A stretch of DNA of 62,917 bases, filler included. It is 4 parts of 4 records of this genome, joined end to end, with 100 filler letters (N's around TTAATTAATTAA, not from the genome) between each part and the next. Parts side by side here need not be neighbours in the genome. Positions count along the whole stretch, not along the records: positions 48,650 to 62,917 come from SRR20825006_1750; 3 more parts are not named here. One strand, written 5' to 3'. Below are positions 49,663 through 59,749 of this stretch, one piece after another. A program made the translations under genes and the position numbers. Position 1 is the first letter of the stretch; every line of letters begins with the position of its first letter. The notes below the pieces were generated by a model, which was given only the letters and a program-made list of their open reading frames with translations, was not told the origin of the DNA and did no database searches.

Positions 49663-50846
49663 GAATCTTGGTTTACGTGGTTGGCTATTTTTCCTGAGTT
49701 GGACAAAATTTTGATAAAGCCCTTGGCATCGTCAGCGGTCCAACCTTTGTTCATTTCACCATAACTTCCAAAGGAAGCGTTCATCAAATCGTGTTGTGAA
49801 GTGATGCCGTTCAAGTCGAATCGGTAGGGGTGCAACGTGACGAAAACATCGCCTGATACATGTTTCTGGGTGTCGGTCAAAAAGGCTTCGATGTTTCGCA
49901 TCACCTCGTCCAAATAGTTACCTTCGTGCAATAGCATGCCATAAAAATTGCCCATTTGCTCTTTCTGATATTGTTGCCATTTGCTCAAGGTGTGTTTTTC
50001 CAACAAATGGTGCGCTTTTATAATGATCAATGGGGCCGCGGCTTCAAAACCGACCCGTCCTTTGATTCCGATAATCGTGTCTCCCACGTGGATATCTCTA
50101 CCAATGGCGTATTTGGATGCAATGGCGGACAATTTTTCGATGTTGGCCACAGGAGTGTCCTGCTCGCCGTCCAATGCAACCAATTCACCATTTTTAAAGG
50201 TCAACTTCAACTCTTTGGATAGTTCTTTTTCCAATTGGCTCGGGTACGCACTTTCTGGTAATGAAAGGTGAGAAGTCAAGGTTTCATCGCCTCCCACGGA
50301 CGTGCCCCATAATCCTCGGTTTACGGAATATTTGGCTTTTTCCCAAGAGTAATCGATACCGTTTTGTTGTAGGTAGTTGATTTCTTCCTCCCTGGCCAAT
50401 TTTTTATCTCTTATTGGTGTGATGATCTTGATGTTCGGAGCTAAGATTTGAAAGATCATATCGAACCTAACCTGATCGTTTCCTGCTCCTGTGCTCCCAT
50501 GGGCGATGTATTTGGCGCCAATTTTTTTGGCGTGGTTCACAATCTCGATAGCCTGAACGATTCGTTCTGCGCTTACGGAAAGGGGATAGGTGTTGTTTCG
50601 GAGCACATTTCCGAAGATGAGATATTTTACCACTTTCTCATAAAATGTTGCAACGGCGTCAATAGAGGTGTAGCTGGTTGCGCCAAGGGCAAGCGCTTTT
50701 TCCTCGATTTCCTCGATTTCAGTTTTGCTGAAACCGCCTGTGTTCACACTTACGGCATGCACTTCAAAACCTTCTTCTTGTGATAGGTATTTGGCACAAT
50801 ATGACGTATCCAATCCACCACTATATGCTAAAACTAATTTTTCCAT
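49659..50846 (-). CDS. argG: Argininosuccinate synthase
   Basis: LAYSGGLDTS, AHGSTGAGNDQVRFD, GIKGRVGFEA. Confidence 0.96.
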   Translation of the reverse strand: MEKLVLAYSGGLDTSYCAKYLSQEEGFEVHAVSVNTGGFSKTEIEEIEEKALALGATSYTSIDAVATFYEKVVKYLIFGNVLRNNTYPLSVSAERIVQAIEIVNHAKKIGAKYIAHGSTGAGNDQVRFDMIFQILAPNIKIITPIRDKKLAREEEINYLQQNGIDYSWEKAKYSVNRGLWGTSVGGDETLTSHLSLPESAYPSQLEKELSKELKLTFKNGELVALDGEQDTPVANIEKLSAIASKYAIGRDIHVGDTIIGIKGRVGFEAAAPLIIIKAHHLLEKHTLSKWQQYQKEQMGNFYGMLLHEGNYLDEVMRNIEAFLTDTQKHVSGDVFVTLHPYRFDLNGITSQHDLMNASFGSYGEMNKGWTADDAKGFIKILSNSGKIANHVNQDS

Positions 50847-50926
50847 TTTTCTTTTATTTTATCGTTCCTGCAATTCGCTTTGCTCAGCATAAACTCCAGC
50901 AGGGATCTGTTTGTGTATTCTCAATG

Positions 50927-50970
50927 GTTCGACTGATCCTTCGACTGTGCTCGGGATAATAGCTCGGACC
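50927..50970. repeat. Degenerate REP-like element (TTCGAC...GCTCG); similar fragment at 48650-48671
   Basis: TTCGACTGATCCTTCGACTGTGCTCGGG in the GNAT-argG spacer; TCGACTCCGCTCGATGTGACA after argC. Confidence 0.45.
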
Positions 50971-50975
50971 AAAAA

Positions 50976-51590
50976 TTAACTATCTTTCTTTTTTAGGAAA
51001 AGGTGTTCCTTAATGCTTTTCAGCCTTTGAAACGCTTTTTTATTGAGTTTTTCAGGCTCGTGTTTTTTTGTATTGGGGTCGTACAGCATGCCAGTGCACA
51101 GGCACATCTTTTTTTCTGTGCGTGTTAGAATATCAAAGTTCTTACAGGTCTGACAACCTTTCCAAAATTCGGGATCGTCCGTAAGTTCGGAAAATGTAAC
51201 AGGTTTATAGCCCAGTTCGTAGTTCATTTTCATTACGGCAAGTCCCGTGGTGATACCAAATATTTTGGCTTCAGGGAATTTTTTTCTGGATAGATCAAAA
51301 ACTGCCTTTTTGATTTTTTTGGCAAGTCCTTGGTTTCTGTAATCGGGATGTACGATCAAACCGGAGTTGGCCACAAAATCCTTGTTTCCCCAGACCTCGA
51401 TATAGCAGAAACCCGCAAATTTATTGCCATCCAAGGCAATGATGGCGTTTCCGTTCTGGAGGCGTTTTATAATATATTCGGGAGTACGTCTGGCAATACC
51501 TGTACCGCGGACTTTGGCCGATTCGGTAATGGTATCGCTAATGATCTGTGCGTATTTAAAATGTGATTCGTTAGCAACAATAATTTCCAT
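50976..51590 (-). CDS. GNAT acetyltransferase, probable short N-acetylglutamate synthase heading the arg operon
   Basis: SGLIVHPDYRNQGLA acetyl-CoA motif; FWKGCQTC, CLCTGM; first gene before argG-argC. Confidence 0.8.
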   Translation of the reverse strand: MEIIVANESHFKYAQIISDTITESAKVRGTGIARRTPEYIIKRLQNGNAIIALDGNKFAGFCYIEVWGNKDFVANSGLIVHPDYRNQGLAKKIKKAVFDLSRKKFPEAKIFGITTGLAVMKMNYELGYKPVTFSELTDDPEFWKGCQTCKNFDILTRTEKKMCLCTGMLYDPNTKKHEPEKLNKKAFQRLKSIKEHLFLKKKDS

Positions 51591-51681
51591 TGCAAGCGAT
51601 TGTTCTGTAAAAAATTAAAAAAATAGATTTGGTCGTTCTGCGGAAATGGACTCACCTATTTCCAATAGATATGAAGCACCC

Positions 51682-51765
51682 TTACGGGCGACGACGACGG
51701 GGAGTAAATGGACTGATAGGAGCAGCGATGCTCAAAGTAAATGGTATGTACTGGTATCCTTTCAT
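51682..51765 (-). CDS. Arg-rich leader peptide MKGYQYIPFTLSIAAPISPFTPRRRRP (27 aa)
   Basis: Hand-translated: ATG at 51765, CGT CGT CGT CGC CCG TAA ending at 51682, 91 nt before the arg operon. Confidence 0.8.
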   Translation of the reverse strand: MKGYQYIPFTLSIAAPISPFTPRRRRP

Positions 51766-51811
51766 TCTGAAGCTAAAGTACAAATTAATTCGAATTGTAC
51801 TAAAGTTGAGG

Positions 51812-53164
51812 TCACTTTTTGAGGAAATATAACTTTTTAGGCCTACTTCCTATTATTTCATAAATAAAAAACCCAATTACCAAAATGTATTCAATGGCCA
51901 ATAACCAAAGGTTTTCTTTGTAATCGGGATTAGAATATGCATAGTAACTCAGAACAACGGCGAAGGACCACACGAATGGGAACCTGTAATCGGTAAACAC
52001 GGCAATGCCCAAAAGGAACACCACATACCAAGGATGCACGGTGCTGGAGAGAAAATAATAGCAGGCCAATGCTAACATTATGGATGTGATGACGCTTTCC
52101 AGTTTTTGGTTTTTCCGAAGGAAAGCAAGCAGCAAAATGATAACGACCACCACTCTTTGTATTACTGAACCATAGGAATCGATCAATTCCCAAGGTTTGG
52201 CTTCATAATAAGTGACCGCAATCTTTTTAACGACATTGTATATGCTGGCATTGAACTCAAAATTGGTGAACCATAGCCCAACGGTATCCGAATAATTATC
52301 GATAAATACGGAGGAATAAAAAGGAAACAGCAAAGCCCCGCACCCCAATAGTATCAAAGCGTAAAAAACAACACTCTTTTTTAGCCCGAAGTATTTTACA
52401 AAAAGCGGCAGGAACATCAGGGGCATTAGCTTTACCATGATGGAAATGGCATATATCGGGGTTGACCATAACCATTTATTTTTGGCAATGAGATACAGGG
52501 CCCAAACAAAGAAAAAGAGCATTACACCTTCAAAATGCAGGTTGCCCGTGAGTTCGATGATGACCAATGGATTCAAAAAGTACCAAAATGCCAAATGGTT
52601 GGCCTTGTTCAGGTGCTGTAAAAGCTTTCTTCCAAAATAAAGCACACCTAAATCCGCAAGAATCACTATCAACCGCATGGCAATGGTGGAACCTAAAACG
52701 CTTCCTCCTCCCAAAATTGATGCAATGGCAAAAAGAACTTGGTTGATTGGGGGATAATTGCTGTAGTGACGTGCATTGAGGTCGGTCATTCCTTCATGCA
52801 GTTCCTTCATGCTGGGGAATGATACCGTGCCCTGCTCCATAATTTGGTCGGGTGTGTACAAATACGGGTTGATGCCGTTTTTGATGAGTTCACCATCCCA
52901 AATGAACCTATAGAAATCCTGTGAAAGATTGGGTTCGGCAATCAAAAATACCAACCGAAAAAGTATTCCAACGACCAATAGGAACTTAAAGTTCCATTTT
53001 TCGAACTGGATAATTTTGGAAGTAAGGTAAAAAAGTGCCCCATAGAGCATGAACAACTTAATGAAGTCCGTACGGACCAAGTTGTATGCAAAACTCCAGT
53101 AGAACAGAATACAAGCGACAGCAAAAAGTATCGGGTATTTGTGCAGTCGCCAATAAGATTGCAT
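51812..53164 (-). CDS. GT-C membrane glycosyltransferase (GT87/mannosyltransferase-like)
   Basis: LSQDFYRFIWDG, NPY, YPP, LNPLVIIE..GNLHFE, VHPWY. Confidence 0.82.
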   Translation of the reverse strand: MQSYWRLHKYPILFAVACILFYWSFAYNLVRTDFIKLFMLYGALFYLTSKIIQFEKWNFKFLLVVGILFRLVFLIAEPNLSQDFYRFIWDGELIKNGINPYLYTPDQIMEQGTVSFPSMKELHEGMTDLNARHYSNYPPINQVLFAIASILGGGSVLGSTIAMRLIVILADLGVLYFGRKLLQHLNKANHLAFWYFLNPLVIIELTGNLHFEGVMLFFFVWALYLIAKNKWLWSTPIYAISIMVKLMPLMFLPLFVKYFGLKKSVVFYALILLGCGALLFPFYSSVFIDNYSDTVGLWFTNFEFNASIYNVVKKIAVTYYEAKPWELIDSYGSVIQRVVVVIILLLAFLRKNQKLESVITSIMLALACYYFLSSTVHPWYVVFLLGIAVFTDYRFPFVWSFAVVLSYYAYSNPDYKENLWLLAIEYILVIGFFIYEIIGSRPKKLYFLKK

Positions 53165-53173
53165 GGTGTTTGT

Positions 53174-54658
53174 TTATGCCTTGGAAGTTAAGGATTTAAA
53201 GAATACAAATCCAAAGCCTAGGAACAACATTAAGTGGAACGGGAACAATCCGTAGTCGTTCAATGGTATGGCGCTGTACATCCCAAAAAGGAAATAAATC
53301 ATCAAGGCAAACTCCAAGATCATGTTTGGCGACAATTTATCGGTTAAATATTTGTTGCCTTTCCAGGTATCCTTAATACTGTTGATGTTGAACTTTGGAG
53401 TTCTTACAAATTCACTTCGTTTGCCCAAATGTCCTTCCAAAACTGCGACGGTATTGTGCAAAGAAAAGCCCAATGCCACGGAGAAAAAGGTAAAGAACAG
53501 TTTGATGTAATCCACGAAATTGTCGAAACTACTGCCCTGAATACTTTTGTACGTAAACCAATAGCATACAAACAAGATGATGGTACTTAGAATGAAGAAG
53601 CTTGTCACCTCGAACACCCAACCCAAATGGCCATAGGTGTTTTTAATGTACAGCATGGGAATGCTCAACAAGGCTACGGTGAACACGCAAAGAAACATAG
53701 AGCTGTTCAAGAGGTGCATTACCCCATGGAATTTTGTTTTGAAAGGTATGTTTTTGGCGGTAATAACGCTCAATACCGTTTTTCTGAAGTTTTCGGCACC
53801 ACCTTTATTCCAACGGAACTGTTGTGAACGAGCGGCGCTGATCACTACGGGAAGCTCTGCGGGAGTTTCCACATCTTCCAAATACTTGAACTTCCAGTTT
53901 TTTAATTGGGCACGGTAGCTCAAATCGAGGTCTTCGGTAAGGGTGTCGCCCTCCCAATTGCCCGCATCGAAAATGCATTCTTTTCTCCAGATGCCTGCGG
54001 TACCGTTAAAGTTGATAAAGTGTCCTTTGGAGTTTCTCCCAACTTGTTCCAAAGTAAAGTGGGCATCCAAAGCAAAGGCCTGTATACGGGTCAAAGTGGA
54101 GTAATCCCTATTGATGTGTCCCCAGCGGGTCTGTACCACACCGATTTCCTCATCCTTGAAATAAGGAACTGTTTTTTTGAGCCAGTCGGCTTCTGGAAGG
54201 AAGTCGGCATCAAAAATGGCGATAAAATCACCTTTGGCAATTTCCAGTCCTTCTTTGAGGGCACCTGCTTTATAGCCTTGTCTGTTTTCCCTACGGATAT
54301 GCTTAATGTCCAATCCAGTTTCTTGGAGTTCCTCGATCCTTCTGGCGGTTTCCACTACGGAATCGTCCGTTGAGTCGTCCAGCACTTGGATTTCCAGTTT
54401 GCTTTTTGGGTATTCTATCTTGGCAATGTTTTCCAACAAACGTTCCATTACATATTCCTCGTTGTAAATGGGAAGCTGAATGGTAACGAACGGGATTTCT
54501 TTGGGATCGAGAAGATTAAATTTTGGAGCTTCCTCGTTCCGTTTTTTATAGCCCAGATAATTGACCAGTAGATTCAACTGGGCCAGACTGTAAAAGAATA
54601 TCAAAATTAAGGCTGTACTGTAAATAGCAATGATGATGTAAGCGATAGCAAGTCCCAT
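53174..54658 (-). CDS. GT2 cellulose-synthase-like processive glycosyltransferase
   Basis: IQLPIYNE, DDSTD, KAGAL, FDADF, TED, QQFRW (QxxRW). Confidence 0.9.
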   Translation of the reverse strand: MGLAIAYIIIAIYSTALILIFFYSLAQLNLLVNYLGYKKRNEEAPKFNLLDPKEIPFVTIQLPIYNEEYVMERLLENIAKIEYPKSKLEIQVLDDSTDDSVVETARRIEELQETGLDIKHIRRENRQGYKAGALKEGLEIAKGDFIAIFDADFLPEADWLKKTVPYFKDEEIGVVQTRWGHINRDYSTLTRIQAFALDAHFTLEQVGRNSKGHFINFNGTAGIWRKECIFDAGNWEGDTLTEDLDLSYRAQLKNWKFKYLEDVETPAELPVVISAARSQQFRWNKGGAENFRKTVLSVITAKNIPFKTKFHGVMHLLNSSMFLCVFTVALLSIPMLYIKNTYGHLGWVFEVTSFFILSTIILFVCYWFTYKSIQGSSFDNFVDYIKLFFTFFSVALGFSLHNTVAVLEGHLGKRSEFVRTPKFNINSIKDTWKGNKYLTDKLSPNMILEFALMIYFLFGMYSAIPLNDYGLFPFHLMLFLGFGFVFFKSLTSKA

Positions 54659-55347
54659 TATTTTAAACTGTATTTAAAGATCCAACCTAATATTTTTATG
54701 CCAGCAAATATAGTACCTTTTACCGTACCTGATACTTTTGACACCCCGATTCTTCGTTTGTAACGCACTGGTACTTCGATATATGACATTTTTTTTCTCA
54801 AAATTTTCAATTGCATTTCCACTGTCCAGCCATAAGTGGTGTCCTGCATTCTTAATTCTTTGAGCTTTTCATATTTTATCGCCCTAAAAGGTCCTAGATC
54901 CGTAAATTTTGACCTAAAAAACAATCGCATTAAAAATGTGGCCAATTGGTTCCCAAAAACCTGCTGTGGGGTCATGGAACCAGGTTCGCGAAGTGATTTT
55001 TTTCGCGCTCCCACCACAAAATCGATGTCATTTTCCAAAATTGGGGCGACAATCTTATCCAATTCCTCTGGATAATCTGAATAATCTCCGTCGATAAATA
55101 CGATGATGTCGGGTGTTTTAGATCGTTCGGATATGTAATTTAATCCTCTTAAACAGGCGAACCCATAGCCCTTGCGGTTTTCCGTGATTACAGTGGCGCC
55201 AGCTTTTTCTGCATTGGCTACGGTATCGTCTTCGGAACCGTTGTCCACGACCACAATTTCGGACACATGGTCGGGAATTTCCGAGACCACCAAACCAATG
55301 GAATCTCCTTCGTTGATCGCTGGGATGATGACCTTGATATCCGCCAT
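54658..55347 (-). CDS. GT2 glycosyltransferase (DPM-synthase-like)
   Basis: IIPAINE, VVDNGSED, GYGFAC, DGDYSD, TDLGPFRAI. Confidence 0.9.
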   Translation of the reverse strand: MADIKVIIPAINEGDSIGLVVSEIPDHVSEIVVVDNGSEDDTVANAEKAGATVITENRKGYGFACLRGLNYISERSKTPDIIVFIDGDYSDYPEELDKIVAPILENDIDFVVGARKKSLREPGSMTPQQVFGNQLATFLMRLFFRSKFTDLGPFRAIKYEKLKELRMQDTTYGWTVEMQLKILRKKMSYIEVPVRYKRRIGVSKVSGTVKGTIFAGIKILGWIFKYSLK

Positions 55348-55439
55348 TGGTCAGATGTTGTTTTGGTTAGTGTTAGAGCTCGCCAAAACTAAAATTTTCC
55401 AAGGATATTTGATTGAAAATCTTCAAAAAGAAGGGAAAT

Positions 55440-57050
55440 CTATTTTTTGTTCACCAATGTCATCAGGTCCACATCATTGCCCAACAGCACTTGATTGCTA
55501 TCGATTCTACCTTCCAACGGACCGTTTTCCAGTTTAAGGACGCCCCGTGGACAAACTGCCGAGCAAATTCCACATCCCACACAGCTCGACCGAACGATGT
55601 TCTCTCCTTTCTGGGCGTAGGCCCGCACATCGATGCCCATTTCGCAGTATACCGAACAGTTGCCACAAGAAATACATTGCCCACCATTGGTGGTAATTCT
55701 GAACCTGGAAAACAATTTCTGCTGAAACCCTAAAATGGCGGCCATGGGGCAACCGAAGCGGCACCACACCCTGCTCCCAAAGATGGGGTAGAACCCTGTT
55801 CCGATGACTCCAGAAAAAATGCTTCCGATCAAGAAAGAGTACGATTTACGAAGTGTTTCGGATTTAAAAAGAAAAATTTGTCCGTCCCCGCTAAAAAAAT
55901 GAAACCCGATCAGCGCTATAATGATCACAAAATAACCGATGGCTCCGTACTGCGCATCTTTCTGGAGTTGATTTCTTTTAAAAATCATGGCCCAACCGAA
56001 CACCAAGGTCAGTAAAACGGCCACCCCGATTAAAAAAGAGCTCTTGGTCAGCCAATATTTACTGGTATCCGTTCCCAAGTAGGAATAAATGACCGCGGTG
56101 GTCATCAAAGTCACAAAAACTACGACACTGTGCACCACCCAGCGTTCTACTTTCCATGCAAATGTAGATTTATCGCTCAACTGCCTGAATGAATCCCCAG
56201 CGGTTTCTGCCAATCCACCACACCCGCAGACCCAAGAGCAGTACCATCTTTTACCATATTTGTAGGTAAGGATGGGAGTTATCACAAAAATGGAGAGGAT
56301 GCCAAAGATCAATAGGGCAAAACCGATTTCCCCCGAACTTAAAAACGCTTTAATGCGATACCCTTCAAAATTATAATAGTTGAGCGGCCAAATATTTTTG
56401 AGGTCGTAATAAGGCAAACTGCCCCCGTCCAAAATTTTATCGCCGTTCAAACGGGCCATCAATTCTGGGATGATGAACGCAAAAGCGGTTTGAAAGAACA
56501 TGACGCTCCAAGTGCGCAACCTTTCGTATCGGTTATGGCGATATTTCCAAAGGAACTTGATGCCAAAGGCCAAAATGGCCACCGTATAAAGTGTGCCGTA
56601 AACAAACCACTGACTGGCGGGGTTGCCGCTCAAAAATTTACTGAGCGGGTCAAAAAGCCCAATAACCCCTTTATTGTCGCCATCGTTCACCAGACCGAGA
56701 TATTCAGGATAAAAATAGAGTACAATGTAGAAACCTGTCAAGGACAAACCTGCCACCCATCCCCATAAACCGCGACTGGAAATCGACTTGAACCAAACAC
56801 CATCATTTTTGATCCCAGGGATTTTTTTGGAATAGGCATCCCAGGAAAACCAAACAATCCCGACGGTGATAGCCAAAAGAGACAAGGTCAACCATAAGGT
56901 CCTATTCGGAAAATTGACATTGAAAACGGCCAAAAGCAGAATGCCCAGCCCAGATAATCCCAAAAAGACAGCGAGTTTTTGACTTATGCTCAAACTTTTT
57001 GGTGGTTCGCCTGTCAGGGCCATGCTTTTATGATAGGTTTGACTGTTCAT
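55440..57050 (-). CDS. Membrane 4Fe-4S binding protein (NapH/YccM-like)
   Basis: Multiple TMs; CSWVCGCG, CRFGCP, CISCGNCSVYC, CVGCGICSAVCP. Confidence 0.88.
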   Translation of the reverse strand: MNSQTYHKSMALTGEPPKSLSISQKLAVFLGLSGLGILLLAVFNVNFPNRTLWLTLSLLAITVGIVWFSWDAYSKKIPGIKNDGVWFKSISSRGLWGWVAGLSLTGFYIVLYFYPEYLGLVNDGDNKGVIGLFDPLSKFLSGNPASQWFVYGTLYTVAILAFGIKFLWKYRHNRYERLRTWSVMFFQTAFAFIIPELMARLNGDKILDGGSLPYYDLKNIWPLNYYNFEGYRIKAFLSSGEIGFALLIFGILSIFVITPILTYKYGKRWYCSWVCGCGGLAETAGDSFRQLSDKSTFAWKVERWVVHSVVVFVTLMTTAVIYSYLGTDTSKYWLTKSSFLIGVAVLLTLVFGWAMIFKRNQLQKDAQYGAIGYFVIIIALIGFHFFSGDGQIFLFKSETLRKSYSFLIGSIFSGVIGTGFYPIFGSRVWCRFGCPMAAILGFQQKLFSRFRITTNGGQCISCGNCSVYCEMGIDVRAYAQKGENIVRSSCVGCGICSAVCPRGVLKLENGPLEGRIDSNQVLLGNDVDLMTLVNKK

Positions 57051-57157
57051 TGTTTGTTGTTTCTTTGTTCTGATATTTTCGAATGGGACATGACCTCTCC
57101 AGTTTTTCGTACAATTTAAACTCTTTAATAAACCATTAACCCTGAGCCATCAACCAA

Positions 57158-58507
57158 TCAATTCAGTTGGAAGATGCGTTTTAGGTTTTTCTTTTTCGGG
57201 TTGATGGATTTTCCGAAATTGGAATTGTATTTCGACACGATCTGAGGTTCAAAACTTTTATAAAACTCAGGGTCGAAATTGGCGTCTCTAAGATGTTCCA
57301 TCACATAATCAATGGTTCTTTTTTCACTGAGCCATCTATCAAAAACTTCGTGCCGCAAACGAATGCCAAAGGTGTTGATGCCCAACACAGTTTCAGAATC
57401 CTTATCAAACGCAATGGTGATACAAAGTTTTTCTTTGGAATGTCTCCAATGGAAATGGGCCTCGTTTTCTTTTTTCTTTCTCTCTGGGAACACCCAACCA
57501 TAGGTTTGGTACTCAATGTCCAGAAACTTGGCGGAGTTGAACCAGTGTCCGGGGTTGTATTCCATTCGATTGCCACAAATGGTCTGGGCCAGGGTTTCGC
57601 CCATCATACGGCCCGTGTACCAAACAGCTTCAATGGGGCGTCGATTTCCAATGGCTTCGTGCTGTTCCGCACAATCGCCAATGGCGTATACGTGTTCAAC
57701 ATTTGTCTCCAAAAACCGATTTACCTTTACTCCTCTACCTAATTCTATATCCGAGTCTTTCAAAAAATCAATATTTGGGGTAACACCTGTGGTCAATCCC
57801 ACCAAGTCACATTCAATTTCTTCTCCAGTTTCGGCCAGTGTCACGGATTTTACCCTTCCATTTTCATCAGGATTGATTTGCTTGAGCGAAGCACCTAACC
57901 GCAAATCAATATGGTGCTCGTGGATATGTTCGTTGATCATTTCTGATTCGCCAGAAGGCAAAACACTGTTCCAAAAGCTGTTTTCACGAACCAAAAAAGT
58001 CACTGGGATATCACGAGTACGTAGCATTTCGGCCAATTCGATGCCAATAAGCCCACCACCAATGATCACTGCCCGTTTGCAAACCTTGTTATTGGGTGCG
58101 TTGTCTTCCAGCAGTTCCAGGTCTTGTTTGGAATAAAGCCCTTGAACGCCATCCAAATCCTGTCCGGGCCAACCGAATTTATTGGGTTTGGATCCTGTGG
58201 CAATAATCAATTTATCGTAGTCGAGGTCTGGAGCACCATCAAGATGAAGCAATTTTTCTTGGGTGTTGACCTTGGTCACGTACGCTTGTACCAAATCTAT
58301 TCGGTTCTTTTTCCAGAAGTGGTTCTCGTAGGGTTGGGTATGCTCAAACCTCATGTGGCCCATGTACACATACATCAAAGCTGTTCGGGAGAAAAAGTAC
58401 TCGGATTCTGCGGAAACAATGGTGATTTTTTTGTCGGAAAGCTTTCGAATGTGCCTTGCAGCGGTTACACCTGCAATTCCATTTCCAATAATGACAATGT
58501 GCTCCAT
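57158..58507 (-). CDS. FAD/NAD(P)-dependent oxidoreductase (pyridine nucleotide-disulfide family)
   Basis: IGNGIAG, IATGS, IGGGLIGIE, YAIGDCA. Confidence 0.88.
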   Translation of the reverse strand: MEHIVIIGNGIAGVTAARHIRKLSDKKITIVSAESEYFFSRTALMYVYMGHMRFEHTQPYENHFWKKNRIDLVQAYVTKVNTQEKLLHLDGAPDLDYDKLIIATGSKPNKFGWPGQDLDGVQGLYSKQDLELLEDNAPNNKVCKRAVIIGGGLIGIELAEMLRTRDIPVTFLVRENSFWNSVLPSGESEMINEHIHEHHIDLRLGASLKQINPDENGRVKSVTLAETGEEIECDLVGLTTGVTPNIDFLKDSDIELGRGVKVNRFLETNVEHVYAIGDCAEQHEAIGNRRPIEAVWYTGRMMGETLAQTICGNRMEYNPGHWFNSAKFLDIEYQTYGWVFPERKKKENEAHFHWRHSKEKLCITIAFDKDSETVLGINTFGIRLRHEVFDRWLSEKRTIDYVMEHLRDANFDPEFYKSFEPQIVSKYNSNFGKSINPKKKNLKRIFQLN

Positions 58508-58635
58508 GGGTTGGGTTTGATTGTTCTATGTGTCGAGGTTTATCGTAAAAACTTAACAGAAAGATGAAATTTAATAAGAATTTGGCGGTCGGATGATGTT
58601 TTAAAATGATTATTTTTAAAGCGTTCGCAATCATT

Positions 58636-59649
58636 ATGAAAAAGCTGATTTATTTATGTGTGCTTGTTTTTGCCTCTTGCGCAACTAGCAAGTTTGATAA
58701 AGTCAATGGTGTCAGTTTTGTCGCCTCGGGGGAGGAAGTCGCCCAACACCATATCGACCCCGTTCTTAAAGTGGGCGCCAATTATGCCGCCGTGATGCCG
58801 TTTGGATTCATTAGGGATTTGGATTCCCCCGAACTGATTTTTAATACGGATAGGCAATGGTATGGTGAGCGCAGGGAAGGAGCAAAGCAGTACATAGAAA
58901 AGTTGCATCAAAATGGGGTAAGCGTGATGGTAAAACCCCAAATATGGATTTTTGATGGTCAATTTACTGGTAACATGAAAATGCCTTCAGAAGAAGATTG
59001 GGAAAAACTGGAAGCATCCTACGAAGCATTTATTCTACTTTATGCCGAGATGGCGGAAGAAACCCAAAGCGACATATTTTGTATAGGAACTGAGCTAAAA
59101 ACCTTTGTGAACGAACGGCCTGGGTTTTGGAACGATCTTATTAAAAAGGTAAGAGAAGTGTACACGGGCAAGATTACCTATGCCGCCAACTGGGACGAGT
59201 ATGCAAAAACACCTTTTTGGTCGGATTTGGATTTTATTGGTGTGAACGCCTATTTTCCGCTTTGCGAACGGGAAAACCCTACGATAGAAACGCTAACGGA
59301 AGGTTGGCAACCCTGGAAGACCAAAATGCGGGAACTTGCCAAACAGGAAGATAAACCTATTCTTTTTACAGAGTTTGGGTACCGAAGCATGGATTTTACG
59401 GGCAAAAAGCCTTGGTTGGTGGACCGTAACCAAATGAATGTGAACCTCAAGGCACAAGCCGATGCCACACAGGTTCTTTTTAATGAGTTCTGGAGCGAGG
59501 ATTGGTTTGCCGGGGGATTTGTCTGGAAATGGTTCATGCAGCACGATCAAGTTGGCGGACATGCGGACAATCGATTTACGCCCCAAAATAAGCCAGCGGA
59601 ATCCATCATTAGAAGGCAGTACACCCAGGTCAAAAAATCAAGTCTTTAA
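58636..59649 (+). CDS. GH113-like TIM-barrel glycoside hydrolase, lipoprotein
   Basis: FASC lipobox; MVKPQIW, CIGTEL, TYAANWD, LFTEFGY, GGFVWKW. Confidence 0.8.
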   Translation: MKKLIYLCVLVFASCATSKFDKVNGVSFVASGEEVAQHHIDPVLKVGANYAAVMPFGFIRDLDSPELIFNTDRQWYGERREGAKQYIEKLHQNGVSVMVKPQIWIFDGQFTGNMKMPSEEDWEKLEASYEAFILLYAEMAEETQSDIFCIGTELKTFVNERPGFWNDLIKKVREVYTGKITYAANWDEYAKTPFWSDLDFIGVNAYFPLCERENPTIETLTEGWQPWKTKMRELAKQEDKPILFTEFGYRSMDFTGKKPWLVDRNQMNVNLKAQADATQVLFNEFWSEDWFAGGFVWKWFMQHDQVGGHADNRFTPQNKPAESIIRRQYTQVKKSSL

Positions 59650-59749
59650 GAACAAGTAAAGGTTTGTCGGAAATTTTGGACTAATTCGTAACCATGCTAT
59701 ATGTTTTTTCCCCATATTTGCAATACATCCCACCCAAAAACATACAGTA

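Noticed and set aside
51629-51832. Plus-strand 67-aa ORF containing GRRRRG
   Set aside because: Antisense shadow of the minus-strand leader (CGA/CGT symmetry); wrong orientation to regulate the arg operon.
57293-58634. Several long antisense or overlapping ORFs in contig D and inside other genes
   Set aside because: They overlap well-supported genes on the opposite strand or frame and lack motifs; expected at higher GC.
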